64,000 bases of DNA from an uncultured Chloroflexia bacterium (lineage in GTDB: Bacteria; Chloroflexota; Dehalococcoidia; GIF9; UBA5629), in contig CAWKFY010000029.1 in NCBI GenBank assembly GCA_963848815.1, positions 110,544-174,543 on the forward strand. Reading direction: 5' to 3'. Position 1 is the stretch's first letter. Each line of letters starts with the position of its first letter. Positions 17,297 to 26,789 of the stretch are shown here, piece by piece. The position numbers and the translations under genes were made by a program. The notes under the pieces are model-generated. The model was not told the origin of the DNA, ran no database searches, and saw nothing but the letters and a program-made list of their open reading frames with translations.

Positions 17297-19645
17297 ATGT
17301 TTAAGAAAATACCGTCCTGGGTTATTCCGCTTGTGCTGCTTATCGTAATCCTGGCTGTTGCCCTGTGGTTGCGTATATTACTTCCCTACAATCAGGTCTT
17401 CGTAAATGATTGGGTCAAGATAACAGGCGTCGATGGCAATTTTTACATGAGGCTGGTAGAAAACCTTGACGCGCATTTTCCCAACATTACGCATTTCGAT
17501 CCCTATTACGTTTTCCCGGACGGTGCCCGTACCGATCAGCAGCCCCTGTTCTTTGCCTTCCTGATGGGAGGCATTGCATGGTTAGTCGGGCTGGGCAACC
17601 CCTCCACGCACCTTGTAGATGTCGTTTCGGTATATGTTCCTCCATTCCTCGCGGCCTTGAGCATTGTAGCAATCTTTTTTATAGGCAAGGCTCTGATCAA
17701 CAAATGGGTCGGGCTGATTGCTGCCGCACTACTGGCGGTTATGCCGGGCGAGTTTCTCAACCGGTCAATGCTGGGCTATACGGACCATCATGTCGCGGAG
17801 GTATTATGGTCGACCGCCTGTATGTTATTCACCATGCTTGCTTTCCGGTTTGGCGGAAGCATGGATATTAAATTCATCAGGGATAAGGGATGGAAGCCCG
17901 TTGTCAAGCCACTTGTGATGTGTGTCCTGGCCGGAATATCCCTGGCTTTTTACATGGCGACCTGGGTCGGAGCCGCCCTGTTCACCCTGATATTGGCTGT
18001 GTTCCTGGTTATCCAAATTATCGTCGATTACAACCGGGGCGTCAGCGCAGTGGCCGCCGGCGCAATAGGGATAGTAATCTTCCTCTCGGCACTGATAGTC
18101 TATTTGCCATTTGGGAGGGTGTTTTCCGTAACATTGATTTCAATGATCGGCGGGATGGGGTTGCTGGTGGTTCTGGTAGCGCTGGCCGAAATGCTGGCGA
18201 GGCGCAATATCAGAACGGTTTACTATGTTAGCTCGCTGGCAGGGCTGGCTGTAGTCGGCACACTTGCATTATATATGTTTTCACCCCAATTACTATCGAC
18301 CATATTCGACTCGCTAGCCAAGATTTTTTTCTGGGTCCCGGACACAACCATTATGGAGATGCAACCCCTTCTGCTTCAACAGGGACAGTTTACGCTGGTT
18401 AATATATTCAGCAACTATACCACGGCACTGCTGGTGGGGTTGGCTGGCCTGGTACTGATGCTTTACCAGGTATTCAAACAGGCAACACCACTCAGGATAT
18501 TGATGCTCGTATGGACTGTATTGATCCTGCTTTCCGCTCTCGCCGCCAGAAGGTTTGCCTACTATTTCGCCGTAAACGTAGCCCTGCTTTCAGGCTATTT
18601 TGCTTGGTGGCTGCTGGAAAAAGTGGGGTTCGGCAGGGAGAAAGCTCCTGCAGATCTGGTGCAGCCCTCGGCGAGGACCAAGACTTCCAGAACCAGGCTG
18701 GCCCAGATTAAGAAGGAGAAAAGGACCAAGCCGGCTGTCATGGCGCTGACTTTGATAGCCGTCCTATTCGTATTAATTTATCCGGATTTGGGAGTGATGC
18801 CGGGTGGACAGAAGCCTTCGATCGACCTGGCATCCCGGCCTCTTTTCGCCCCGCCGGATGCCTGGTACGCATCGTTGGAATGGATGCAAAAGAATACTCC
18901 GGAGCCGCTGGGCGATGCCAATGCCTATTATGGAGTATATAAAGCTCCGGGCCAGGCTGGAGGGTTTGTCTACCCTGACAATGCCTATGGCGTTTTATCC
19001 TGGTGGGACTATGGCTACTGGATATCCCTCGTGGGCAGGAGAATACCCTTCTCCAACCCCGGCACATCGGCCACGAGGGGAGAGGCTAAATTCTTAATGG
19101 CGCCCGACGAGGCCTCGGCCGAGCAGTCTATCAAGGATATCAACATCAAGTACGTCGTCATCGACAACGAAATGGCTTCCTGGGACAGCAAATTCTTTGC
19201 GCTCGCCCAATGGTACGGCAAATCCTATACGGACTACTACGATTTATACTTGCAGAAGGGAGATGGAAATAACTATTCACAGGTGCTGCTTCTCTATCCG
19301 GAATATTATCAGACCATGGTAGTCCGGCTCTATAATTTCGACGGCAAAGCGGTTACCCCCAGCAAGGTGACGGTAGTCGGGATCGGAAAGATTACAGCTA
19401 AAGATGGGACTGCATATAACCTGATCACCGACACCAAACAGTTTAATTCGTATGACGAAGCTGTAGCGTTTGTAGCCGGGCAAAAACCCGGCACGTACAT
19501 GATTGTGGGTGAAGACCCGTACAACAGCCCGGTTCCGTTGGAGGCAATAAAGGACTACAAACTGGTTCATGCCTCCGATCAGGAAGTAGCCGCCGGACAG
19601 AGCGGAATACCGCAGGTTAAGATTTTCGAGTATCAGAAACAGTAA
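17297..19645 (+). CDS. STT3/AglB/PglB-family oligosaccharyltransferase
   Basis: The 782-aa ORF has many N-terminal TM helices and a soluble C-terminal domain. The ordered motifs are KITGVDGNFYMRLVE, GYTDHHVAEVLW, SWWDYGYWIS (the WWDYG catalytic motif) and NIKYVVIDNEMASWDSKF (a DK-like segment). Confidence 0.85.
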   Translation: MFKKIPSWVIPLVLLIVILAVALWLRILLPYNQVFVNDWVKITGVDGNFYMRLVENLDAHFPNITHFDPYYVFPDGARTDQQPLFFAFLMGGIAWLVGLGNPSTHLVDVVSVYVPPFLAALSIVAIFFIGKALINKWVGLIAAALLAVMPGEFLNRSMLGYTDHHVAEVLWSTACMLFTMLAFRFGGSMDIKFIRDKGWKPVVKPLVMCVLAGISLAFYMATWVGAALFTLILAVFLVIQIIVDYNRGVSAVAAGAIGIVIFLSALIVYLPFGRVFSVTLISMIGGMGLLVVLVALAEMLARRNIRTVYYVSSLAGLAVVGTLALYMFSPQLLSTIFDSLAKIFFWVPDTTIMEMQPLLLQQGQFTLVNIFSNYTTALLVGLAGLVLMLYQVFKQATPLRILMLVWTVLILLSALAARRFAYYFAVNVALLSGYFAWWLLEKVGFGREKAPADLVQPSARTKTSRTRLAQIKKEKRTKPAVMALTLIAVLFVLIYPDLGVMPGGQKPSIDLASRPLFAPPDAWYASLEWMQKNTPEPLGDANAYYGVYKAPGQAGGFVYPDNAYGVLSWWDYGYWISLVGRRIPFSNPGTSATRGEAKFLMAPDEASAEQSIKDINIKYVVIDNEMASWDSKFFALAQWYGKSYTDYYDLYLQKGDGNNYSQVLLLYPEYYQTMVVRLYNFDGKAVTPSKVTVVGIGKITAKDGTAYNLITDTKQFNSYDEAVAFVAGQKPGTYMIVGEDPYNSPVPLEAIKDYKLVHASDQEVAAGQSGIPQVKIFEYQKQ

Positions 19646-19662
19646 TCCGGGAACAACTATAT

Positions 19663-19693
19663 AAACCGGTGGAGCTAATTACAGCCGGTTTTT
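19663..19693 (+). terminator. possible intrinsic terminator after the OST gene
   Basis: A 7-bp stem (AAACCGG / CCGGTTT) with a 15-nt loop runs into a T5 tract, ~20 nt after the stop codon. The loop is long, so the call is weak. Confidence 0.3.
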
Positions 19694-19865
19694 ACATAGT
19701 CGCAGTTGCATCTCGGGTTACGTTAACCGGCGTATCCTTCAGTCGAGGACTATACCGTACGAATTATGCTTCGCATGTGAGAAGAGTTTAATTTGGACTC
19801 CGCCTATTTGAAGAATGAAAAGAATTTTGACATAATTCTAGCCGTGTTACACTGTATTTAAATAC

Positions 19866-20945
19866 ATGAAAAAGAATATTAAGGCTTTGATACTCAGCGG
19901 TGGCAAGGGGACCAGGCTCAAGCCTCTTACAACCACCATCCCGAAACAGCTTCTGCCCGTGGCTAACAAGCCCATACTTTCGTACGTGTTAGACCAGGTA
20001 GTTGAAGCGGGTATCACGGATATCGGGATGATAATTGCTCCCGAGACCGGCTACCTGATAAAAGAGTTTGCCGGCGATGGGTCAAGGTGGGGCGCTAAAA
20101 TCACTTATATCGTGCAGGCAGACCCCCTGGGCCTTGCTCACGCCGTAAGCACTGCCGCAGAGTTCCTGGGCTCGTCCTCCTTTTTGATGTTTCTGGGCGA
20201 TAACCTGATCCAGGGTGGTGTTAAGAAATTTGTCGACCGTTTCCGCAGTGATGAGTCGGACTCGTTGATACTGCTTAAATCCGTACCGGACCCGCGCCTT
20301 TTCGGCGTGGCCGAGATCGATAAGAAAGGAACCCTGCTTAGACTGGTAGAAAAACCCAAGAAGCCCAAAAGCGACCTGGCCATAGTGGGCGTATATCTTT
20401 TTAATGAACGTATCCATACCGCTATTAAACAAATAAAACCTTCCTGGCGCGGCGAGTTGGAAATAACCGATGCCATACAAAAAATGATAGATACGGACCG
20501 TAAGGTCGGCAGCCATATTTTGAAAGGCTGGTGGTTGGATACCGGTAAGAAGGACGATATGCTGGAAGCTAACAGGGTTGTACTGGATGACCTGCTGGTC
20601 CGGGATATACAGGGGAAGATCGATAGCAACAGCCGCGTGGCGGGGCGTGTCGCAATCGGTAAAGGCACCGAGATCATTAACAGCCGGGTACGCGGGCCGG
20701 TATCGATATCCGAGGGATGCAAGATCATCAATTCGTTCATCGGGCCCTTCACCAGCATAGGGTCGGGGTCTATCATTGAAGACTCTTTTATAGAGCATTC
20801 GGTTATCCTCGAGGGGTGCTATGTTAAAAAGATCGAACGTCTTGAAGATAGCATCATTGGAAGGGCATGCAAGGTGATTTACGACGAAAGCAGTTTCCAC
20901 AACAAGAAATTGTTCCTGGGCGATGATGCTATTGTTGAACTTTAA
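19866..20945 (+). CDS. rfbA: glucose-1-phosphate thymidylyltransferase, long form (nucleotidyltransferase + left-handed beta-helix)
   Basis: The 359-aa ORF has the LILSGGKGTRLKPLT motif and C-terminal hexapeptide repeats. It is followed by rmlC/B/D homologues. Confidence 0.8.
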   Translation: MKKNIKALILSGGKGTRLKPLTTTIPKQLLPVANKPILSYVLDQVVEAGITDIGMIIAPETGYLIKEFAGDGSRWGAKITYIVQADPLGLAHAVSTAAEFLGSSSFLMFLGDNLIQGGVKKFVDRFRSDESDSLILLKSVPDPRLFGVAEIDKKGTLLRLVEKPKKPKSDLAIVGVYLFNERIHTAIKQIKPSWRGELEITDAIQKMIDTDRKVGSHILKGWWLDTGKKDDMLEANRVVLDDLLVRDIQGKIDSNSRVAGRVAIGKGTEIINSRVRGPVSISEGCKIINSFIGPFTSIGSGSIIEDSFIEHSVILEGCYVKKIERLEDSIIGRACKVIYDESSFHNKKLFLGDDAIVEL

Positions 20946-20970
20946 TATTCTTTGATGGGAAGGATTTATC

Positions 20971-21486
20971 GTGATTAAAAATTATGCGTTGGAAGGAATA
21001 AAAAGCCAGGAGATCAACTTACTGCCTGATGAACGCGGCCTTTTCGCTGAAATAATGAGATCAGACTGGCAGGACCTGATAGATGAGAAGATAGTCCAGG
21101 CCAATTTGAGCCAGAGTTACTCCGGGGTTGTTAGGGCCTGGCATCGCCACATGCGCGGCCAGGTCGATTATTTTATAGTGGTGAAGGGCGCCCTGAAAAT
21201 CTGCGCCTATGATGACAAGTCCAGGCAACTGGTTGAAATCGTTGACAGCAGCAGCAGGCCGATGCTGGTAAGGATTCCCGGACATTACTGGCACGGCACT
21301 CGCAACGTGGGCGATGAACTTTCCATAGTGGTGTATTTTACCAATCGTCTTTATGATGCCGGCAATCCGGACGAGGAGCGCCGCAGCTGGAATGATCCTC
21401 AGATAATACCGGTTGAGATAAACGGCAATAGGAATGACCCTCGGGCCGGCAAACCTTTCGACTGGTTCTTTCCTCCCTATAAATAA
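20971..21486 (+). CDS. rfbC: dTDP-4-dehydrorhamnose 3,5-epimerase-like cupin
   Basis: The 171-aa ORF has a GTG start and a cupin core (RAWHRH..QVDYF.VV.G, HGT.N). It lies between rmlA and rmlB. An alternative role as an NDP-sugar ketoisomerase cannot be excluded. Confidence 0.65.
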   Translation: MIKNYALEGIKSQEINLLPDERGLFAEIMRSDWQDLIDEKIVQANLSQSYSGVVRAWHRHMRGQVDYFIVVKGALKICAYDDKSRQLVEIVDSSSRPMLVRIPGHYWHGTRNVGDELSIVVYFTNRLYDAGNPDEERRSWNDPQIIPVEINGNRNDPRAGKPFDWFFPPYK

Positions 21487-21504
21487 TCTCGGGCGTGAAT
21501 CACA

Positions 21505-22512
21505 ATGAAAATAATAGTTACCGGCGGCGCCGGCTTTATCGGAAGCAATTTTATTCGGTTGGTTCTTCAAGAAAAAACCCAATGGGAAGTCGTCAATTTC
21601 GATAAGCTGACCTATTGCGGAAACCTGGAAAACCTCAAGGACTTTCAAGATGATCCAAGGTACCATTTCATTCACGGGGATATCGCCGACAGAGAGTCGG
21701 TCGATGGTATGCTGGCGAAGGAGCGCCCGGACTCTATCATTAATTTCGCGGCCGAGTCCCATGTAGATCGCAGCATACTCGATGCTTCTCCTTTTATACA
21801 TACCAATGTTGAAGGCACCATGGTGATGCTGGAAGGCGCCAATAAATATCAGGTCAAAAAGTTCGTACAGGTGTCCACCGACGAAGTTTACGGATCTATA
21901 AACAGAGGCAGCTTTAACGAACGTTCAAACCTGGCGCCGGGCAGCCCCTATTCGGCCAGCAAGGCCGCGGCGGACCTGCTCTGCCTGGCCTATTGGAACA
22001 CGCATAAGACTCCGGTTACGGTGACCCGCTGTACCAACAATTACGGCCCCTACCAGTTTCCCGAAAAATTGATCCCGCTGGCTATCAGCAACGTTATTGA
22101 GGGCAAATCCATACCTGTGTATGGTGATGGCCTTAATGTACGCGATTGGATATATGTGGAAGACCATTGCCGCGGCCTGCTTGATGTGCTCGAGAAGGGT
22201 AAGCCCGGTGAAGTCTATAACATAGCGGGAAGCAGCGAGAAAACCAACCTGGAGATTGTGCACACCCTGCTCCGTCTGCTGGATAAAAAGCAGGACATGA
22301 TAGATTTTGTTAAGGACCGGCCGGGACATGACCGCCGGTATAGCCTCGATGATAAGAAAATACGCAAAGAGTTGGGTTGGAAGCCGCGCCACAACTTCGA
22401 CGAAGCTATGAAACTGACAGTCGACTGGTACCGTTTGAATAATGCCTGGTGGCAGAGGATCAGGAGCGGCGAATATTTAAAATACTACGAGAAAATGTAT
22501 CTCAATAGATGA
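21505..22512 (+). CDS. rfbB: dTDP-glucose 4,6-dehydratase
   Basis: The 335-aa ORF has VTGGAGFIGSNF, STDEVYG and YSASKAA motifs and the typical C-terminus. Confidence 0.9.
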   Translation: MKIIVTGGAGFIGSNFIRLVLQEKTQWEVVNFDKLTYCGNLENLKDFQDDPRYHFIHGDIADRESVDGMLAKERPDSIINFAAESHVDRSILDASPFIHTNVEGTMVMLEGANKYQVKKFVQVSTDEVYGSINRGSFNERSNLAPGSPYSASKAAADLLCLAYWNTHKTPVTVTRCTNNYGPYQFPEKLIPLAISNVIEGKSIPVYGDGLNVRDWIYVEDHCRGLLDVLEKGKPGEVYNIAGSSEKTNLEIVHTLLRLLDKKQDMIDFVKDRPGHDRRYSLDDKKIRKELGWKPRHNFDEAMKLTVDWYRLNNAWWQRIRSGEYLKYYEKMYLNR

Positions 22513-23378
22513 AAATACTACTGATTGGCGCCAATGGGCAACTGGGCAGCGATCTCTGTATAGCGCTTCAAGAAAATGACCTGACGGCCCTGACTGATAA
22601 AGATATAGACATAACGGATATCGATTCTGTCTTCGAAGCATGCAGTAAATACAAGCCTCAGATCGTAATTAATACGGCTGCGTATGTTCGTGTGGATGAT
22701 TGTGAGGATAATATTGATCTGGCTTACAAGGTGAATGCGTTGGGTGCACGCAATGTTGCTGTAGCAGCCCAGAAAGCAGGGGCCGTTCTGGCACATTTAA
22801 GTACGGATTATGTTTTTGGTGAAGATGAGAAGAGAATGGTTCCCTATACGGAGTTCGATCCGCCTGCGCCAATAAGTGTATACGGTCATTCAAAGCTGGC
22901 AGGGGAAAACTACGTTCGTCATCTATGCAGCAGGTATTTTATTGTGAGGACTTCTGCCTTATTTGGGGTGGCGGGAAGCATGGGGAAGGGTGGCAATTTT
23001 ATTGAGACGATGATCAAAATGGCGCAAGAAAAGGATGAACTGCGTGTAGTCAATGACCAGGTCTTTTCACCTACCTACGCCAAAGACCTGGCCAATGAAA
23101 TAGCCCTATTGATAGATACAAAATACTACGGAATATTTCATATCACGAATAGCGGTGTTTGTTCCTGGTACGACTTTGCGAGCGAAATAGTGACATTGTG
23201 CGGCGCCAGGGCGCGTGTGGTTCCCATTTCTTCGAGAGATTATCCGCAGAGGGCGAGACGCCCGGAATATTCAGTTCTGAGTAATTACCATCTGAAACTG
23301 CTGGGAATGGATGATATGAGAGACTGGAGAGAAGCGTTAAAGGATTATATGCTGGCTAGAAGGGGAACTCATTCATAG
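22509..23378 (+). CDS. rfbD: dTDP-4-dehydrorhamnose reductase
   Basis: The 289-aa ORF has the RmlD pattern (ILLIGANGQLG, STDYVF, YGHSKLAGE). It overlaps the rfbB stop by 4 nt. Confidence 0.9.
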   Translation: MKILLIGANGQLGSDLCIALQENDLTALTDKDIDITDIDSVFEACSKYKPQIVINTAAYVRVDDCEDNIDLAYKVNALGARNVAVAAQKAGAVLAHLSTDYVFGEDEKRMVPYTEFDPPAPISVYGHSKLAGENYVRHLCSRYFIVRTSALFGVAGSMGKGGNFIETMIKMAQEKDELRVVNDQVFSPTYAKDLANEIALLIDTKYYGIFHITNSGVCSWYDFASEIVTLCGARARVVPISSRDYPQRARRPEYSVLSNYHLKLLGMDDMRDWREALKDYMLARRGTHS

Positions 23379-23395
23379 TGGCAGTTCACTACATT

Positions 23396-24154
23396 TTATA
23401 ATTTCGAAAACAGCGGTTTAACCAGTTCAAATGCTTTGGATGCAAGATATGTCGGTATTACCTCTGTATTATTACACCGTTTGCAAAGATCGTACCAAGG
23501 TTTATAATTTTGTTTCACAATCTCATATCTCTCTGTAAAAAGATTGCCTATTCTATGCCGAAGTCCAAAATCCATGCAGCAAAGGTAAAGATTTCCATTA
23601 GGTAACATTGTGAATCCAGGTTTTTCCCATTTTGGACAAATCCTAAAAAACAGGTTTTTTTCTCTATAAATACCTCTGCAATAATTTTCACGATTGTTTG
23701 ATGCAAAATTATCGTTCATAATATCGAAAGTAACATTGTGAACTTTTTGTATTACAGTGAATACATGCTCCTTATATTTCTCTGTAATTTGTATATGGGC
23801 GTGTTCTCCATCCGGTAAATGTAAACAAAATTCGGCATATTTATAGCTCGCCAACTCATCAATGTCCTGGTCAGATGCTCCGACTAATGTAGTATTTACA
23901 ACTACAGGATGTTTTTTTTCGATTGAATAGCGAATAAATTTTATAGCATCTTTATTGGCAAATGGTTCACAAAATCCGGAGAAAACTACCGGTAGATTAT
24001 CGGGCAAATTGTTTAAAGCGATCTTAAAATTATCTACTGTTAACGATCGATTATTTTCGCCGTAATTCTTTACGGTTATTTCCTGTGGACAATACTTGGC
24101 GCAATTGATCGGACATCCTATATGCGTGGTTATTTCAACAAATTCAGCATTCAT
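23396..24154 (-). CDS. small radical SAM-like enzyme with SPASM/twitch-like C-terminal Cys motifs
   Basis: The 252-aa ORF has an N-terminal Cys triad in THIGCPINCAKYCPQ and C-terminal LYLCCMDFG...GNL...DLCKRCNN. It is the first gene of the low-GC island. Confidence 0.6.
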   Translation of the reverse strand: MNAEFVEITTHIGCPINCAKYCPQEITVKNYGENNRSLTVDNFKIALNNLPDNLPVVFSGFCEPFANKDAIKFIRYSIEKKHPVVVNTTLVGASDQDIDELASYKYAEFCLHLPDGEHAHIQITEKYKEHVFTVIQKVHNVTFDIMNDNFASNNRENYCRGIYREKNLFFRICPKWEKPGFTMLPNGNLYLCCMDFGLRHRIGNLFTERYEIVKQNYKPWYDLCKRCNNTEVIPTYLASKAFELVKPLFSKL

Positions 24155-24400
24155 TTTTCGATAATAATGTAAAAGTATAACAATGATGAATAGTTATTAA
24201 CAATTTATTATATATAGTATATTTAAGGCCAGTATGACCTTACCCTGTAACCATGTTTGGTCGACTAGTTGGAATCTGTTTTGCCTGCCTAGCAAGTCAT
24301 ATTTTATTGATGGTAGTCATGCTGCCTTACTTTTAAAGGTTGTTAATTGTGGTCATACTCCCAATAAACAAATTTCGAGTGGAAGCATGGGTTAATACAC

Positions 24401-24429
24401 TTGACAGTAGACTTTGTAATGTCTACCAT
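24401..24429 (+). promoter_or_regulatory. candidate promoter/operator for the heptose operon
   Basis: TTGACA-17 nt-TACCAT lies ~40 nt upstream of the ATG at 24468. A perfect 6-bp inverted repeat (GTAGAC-N8-GTCTAC) fills the spacer. This rests on a motif match only. Confidence 0.3.
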
Positions 24430-24467
24430 AACGTAGTTGCAATCGATAAACGTGGAAACTAATCTAA

Positions 24468-25169
24468 ATGCAAGCGGTAATATTATGCGGTGGATTTGGT
24501 ACACGTCTGGCATCCATCACTCGCACAGTTCCAAAAAGTATGATTGAAATTGAAGGCAAAGTATTTTTGGAATACCAACTGGAACTTCTCAAAAAATATG
24601 AAATTCGGGATATAGTTTTATGTGTGGGCCATCTTAAAAATGAGATAATTGACTTTTTCGGGGATGGATCTCAATGCGGAGTCAATATTATATATAGTGA
24701 AGAGAGATATCCACTGGGGACAGCTGGAGCAGTAAAAAACGCAAATAAGTATTTACAAGATAATTTTATACTGCTAGATGGAGATGCATATGTTCCTATT
24801 AATTATACTGAGATAGTAAATGAATTTGGCATTGTTGATAGCCTTGGTTTGATGGTTATATTTAAAAATAATAACCTTTATGATAATAGTAATGTTATCG
24901 TTAATGGTGGATTAATTACTGCCTATGAACGTTCGGGTAGATTTCTGGGGATGGTATACATTCATTCGGGTATCACTATTTTGAGAAAAAGTGTATTGGA
25001 TTTGATTCCAGATGATCAGTTTTATCAATTAGATTTATTATTTAGTGATCTGATTAAAAGTAAGCAGCTTTGTGCTTTTGAAACTGCGCAACGCTTCTAT
25101 GAAATAGGTTCGTTAACTGGACTAAACGAATTTAAAGCGCTTGTTAAATCAGGAGGATTACCTAAGTGA
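24468..25169 (+). CDS. hddC: D-glycero-alpha-D-manno-heptose 1-phosphate guanylyltransferase-like nucleotidyltransferase
   Basis: The 233-aa ORF has AVILCGGFGTRL and is clustered with hddA, gmhB and gmhA homologues. Confidence 0.7.
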   Translation: MQAVILCGGFGTRLASITRTVPKSMIEIEGKVFLEYQLELLKKYEIRDIVLCVGHLKNEIIDFFGDGSQCGVNIIYSEERYPLGTAGAVKNANKYLQDNFILLDGDAYVPINYTEIVNEFGIVDSLGLMVIFKNNNLYDNSNVIVNGGLITAYERSGRFLGMVYIHSGITILRKSVLDLIPDDQFYQLDLLFSDLIKSKQLCAFETAQRFYEIGSLTGLNEFKALVKSGGLPK

Positions 25170-26164
25170 TTGCGACACGGACGCCCTATAGAATACCGCT
25201 GGGAGGCGGGGGAACAGATTTACCTTCGTATTACAGTCGGTATGGCGGTTTTCTCATCACGGCAGCAATCAATAAGTATATTTACATTTTCATTGACCAC
25301 AGATTTGAGAAAAATATACGTGTCAGCCACCACATTGCCATTGAAATTAAGGACCGTGTAGACCAGTTGGAGCATCCTGTAATTCGGAATGCTTTGGCTA
25401 TGCTGGACGTCAACGATGGAATCGAGATAGTTTCATTGGCTGACATACCGCCTAATACAGGAATGGGATCTTCAGGTAGTTTTTCAGTTGGGCTTCTGGC
25501 TGCTTTACATCGCTATAAAGGAGATTATATCTCTAAACAGGAGTTGGCTGAAGAGGCATGCAGACTGGAAATAGATATCCTGGGAAGGGTGGGCGGCAAG
25601 CAGGATCAATATGCAGGAGCATTTGGAGGCATAATAGCACTCGATATTAATGTCAATGGCAAAGTCGAAGTTAGCTCGGTAAAGATTCCTCCTGACGCAT
25701 ATAAGGAGTTAGAAAAAAATATCCTGCTTTTTTACACAGGTATAAGGCGGGATGCATCCGAAGTGCTGAAGGTTCAAAATCAGGCTACGGAGCAACACGA
25801 TCAAAGTACAATAGAGTCCCTGCACACGATCAAAGACATAGGGAAAGAAAGCAAAAAAGCTTTAGAGAAGGGGGATCTACGAAGATTTGGTGAACTGCTT
25901 GATGTACATTGGAAGACAAAGCGAAGTTTATCGAAGGGCATAACATCCGACCATATAGATAGGCTTTATGACATCGCTATTAACAATGGCGCTCTGGGGG
26001 GTAAGATCATGGGTGCTGGTGGAGGTGGTTTTTTCATGTTTTATAGCGAGGGAGAGCACAGAGAAAAATTAAAGAGAGCACTGGCAACTGAGGGTTTGCA
26101 GCATTTTCCGTTTAAGATAGATATTGAGGGAACGTCAGTTCTACTGAAATCCAATGGGGATTGA
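25166..26164 (+). CDS. hddA: GHMP kinase, D-glycero-D-manno-heptose 7-phosphate kinase-like
   Basis: The 332-aa ORF has GHMP motif II (PPNTGMGSSGSFSVGLL) and a C-terminal GKIMGAGGGGFFMF. It overlaps the hddC stop by 4 nt. Confidence 0.75.
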   Translation: MIATRTPYRIPLGGGGTDLPSYYSRYGGFLITAAINKYIYIFIDHRFEKNIRVSHHIAIEIKDRVDQLEHPVIRNALAMLDVNDGIEIVSLADIPPNTGMGSSGSFSVGLLAALHRYKGDYISKQELAEEACRLEIDILGRVGGKQDQYAGAFGGIIALDINVNGKVEVSSVKIPPDAYKELEKNILLFYTGIRRDASEVLKVQNQATEQHDQSTIESLHTIKDIGKESKKALEKGDLRRFGELLDVHWKTKRSLSKGITSDHIDRLYDIAINNGALGGKIMGAGGGGFFMFYSEGEHREKLKRALATEGLQHFPFKIDIEGTSVLLKSNGD

Positions 26165-26182
26165 TCAAACGCAGGCGTAAAA

Positions 26183-26788
26183 TTGTTGAATAGAAATAAT
26201 ATGGCCGTGTTCTTAGACAGAGATGGCGTCATCAATGAACTTATATACCATAGGGAGGCTGGAGTAATCGATACGCCTTTCACGCTTGGGCAGTTTAGAT
26301 TGCTTCCCGGCGTGGTGGAGGCGATCAGGATTCTCAATAATGAGCAAATAAAGGTAATCGTGGTGTCTAATCAACCCGGTATCGCAAAAAATCACTTCAC
26401 CAGAACTACATTAAACTCGACCAATCGCAAAATGAAATCACTGTTGGCACGTGGCGGTGCGCACATTGACAGTATCTATTATTGTCTTCATCATCCAGAG
26501 GCCGTCAAGGTAAGGTTCTTGAAAGTATGCAATTGTCGTAAGCCTGCCCCTGGTCTTATTTTAAAAGCAGCACGTAAATTTCAAATTGATACAAATAATT
26601 CCTACATGGTCGGAGACAATCTCTCGGACATAAAAGCTGGCAGGGCAGCCGGTTGCAAGACAATCTTGATCGGAAAGCACAAGTGTGAGTTATGTCGTCT
26701 GATGCAGGAAGAAAATGCCGTGCCTGATTTTATTGCTGCTAATTTACTTGAGGCAGTTGAAAGGATAGTACAAGTGAGGAGTAAATAA
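26183..26788 (+). CDS. gmhB: D,D-heptose 1,7-bisphosphate phosphatase (HAD-IIIA)
   Basis: The 201-aa ORF has FLDRDGVINE, SNQPGIAK, a Zn-site-like C.H......C.C (YYCLHHPE..VCNCRKP) and GDNLSDIKAG. Confidence 0.8.
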   Translation: MLNRNNMAVFLDRDGVINELIYHREAGVIDTPFTLGQFRLLPGVVEAIRILNNEQIKVIVVSNQPGIAKNHFTRTTLNSTNRKMKSLLARGGAHIDSIYYCLHHPEAVKVRFLKVCNCRKPAPGLILKAARKFQIDTNNSYMVGDNLSDIKAGRAAGCKTILIGKHKCELCRLMQEENAVPDFIAANLLEAVERIVQVRSK

Positions 26789-26789
26789 T

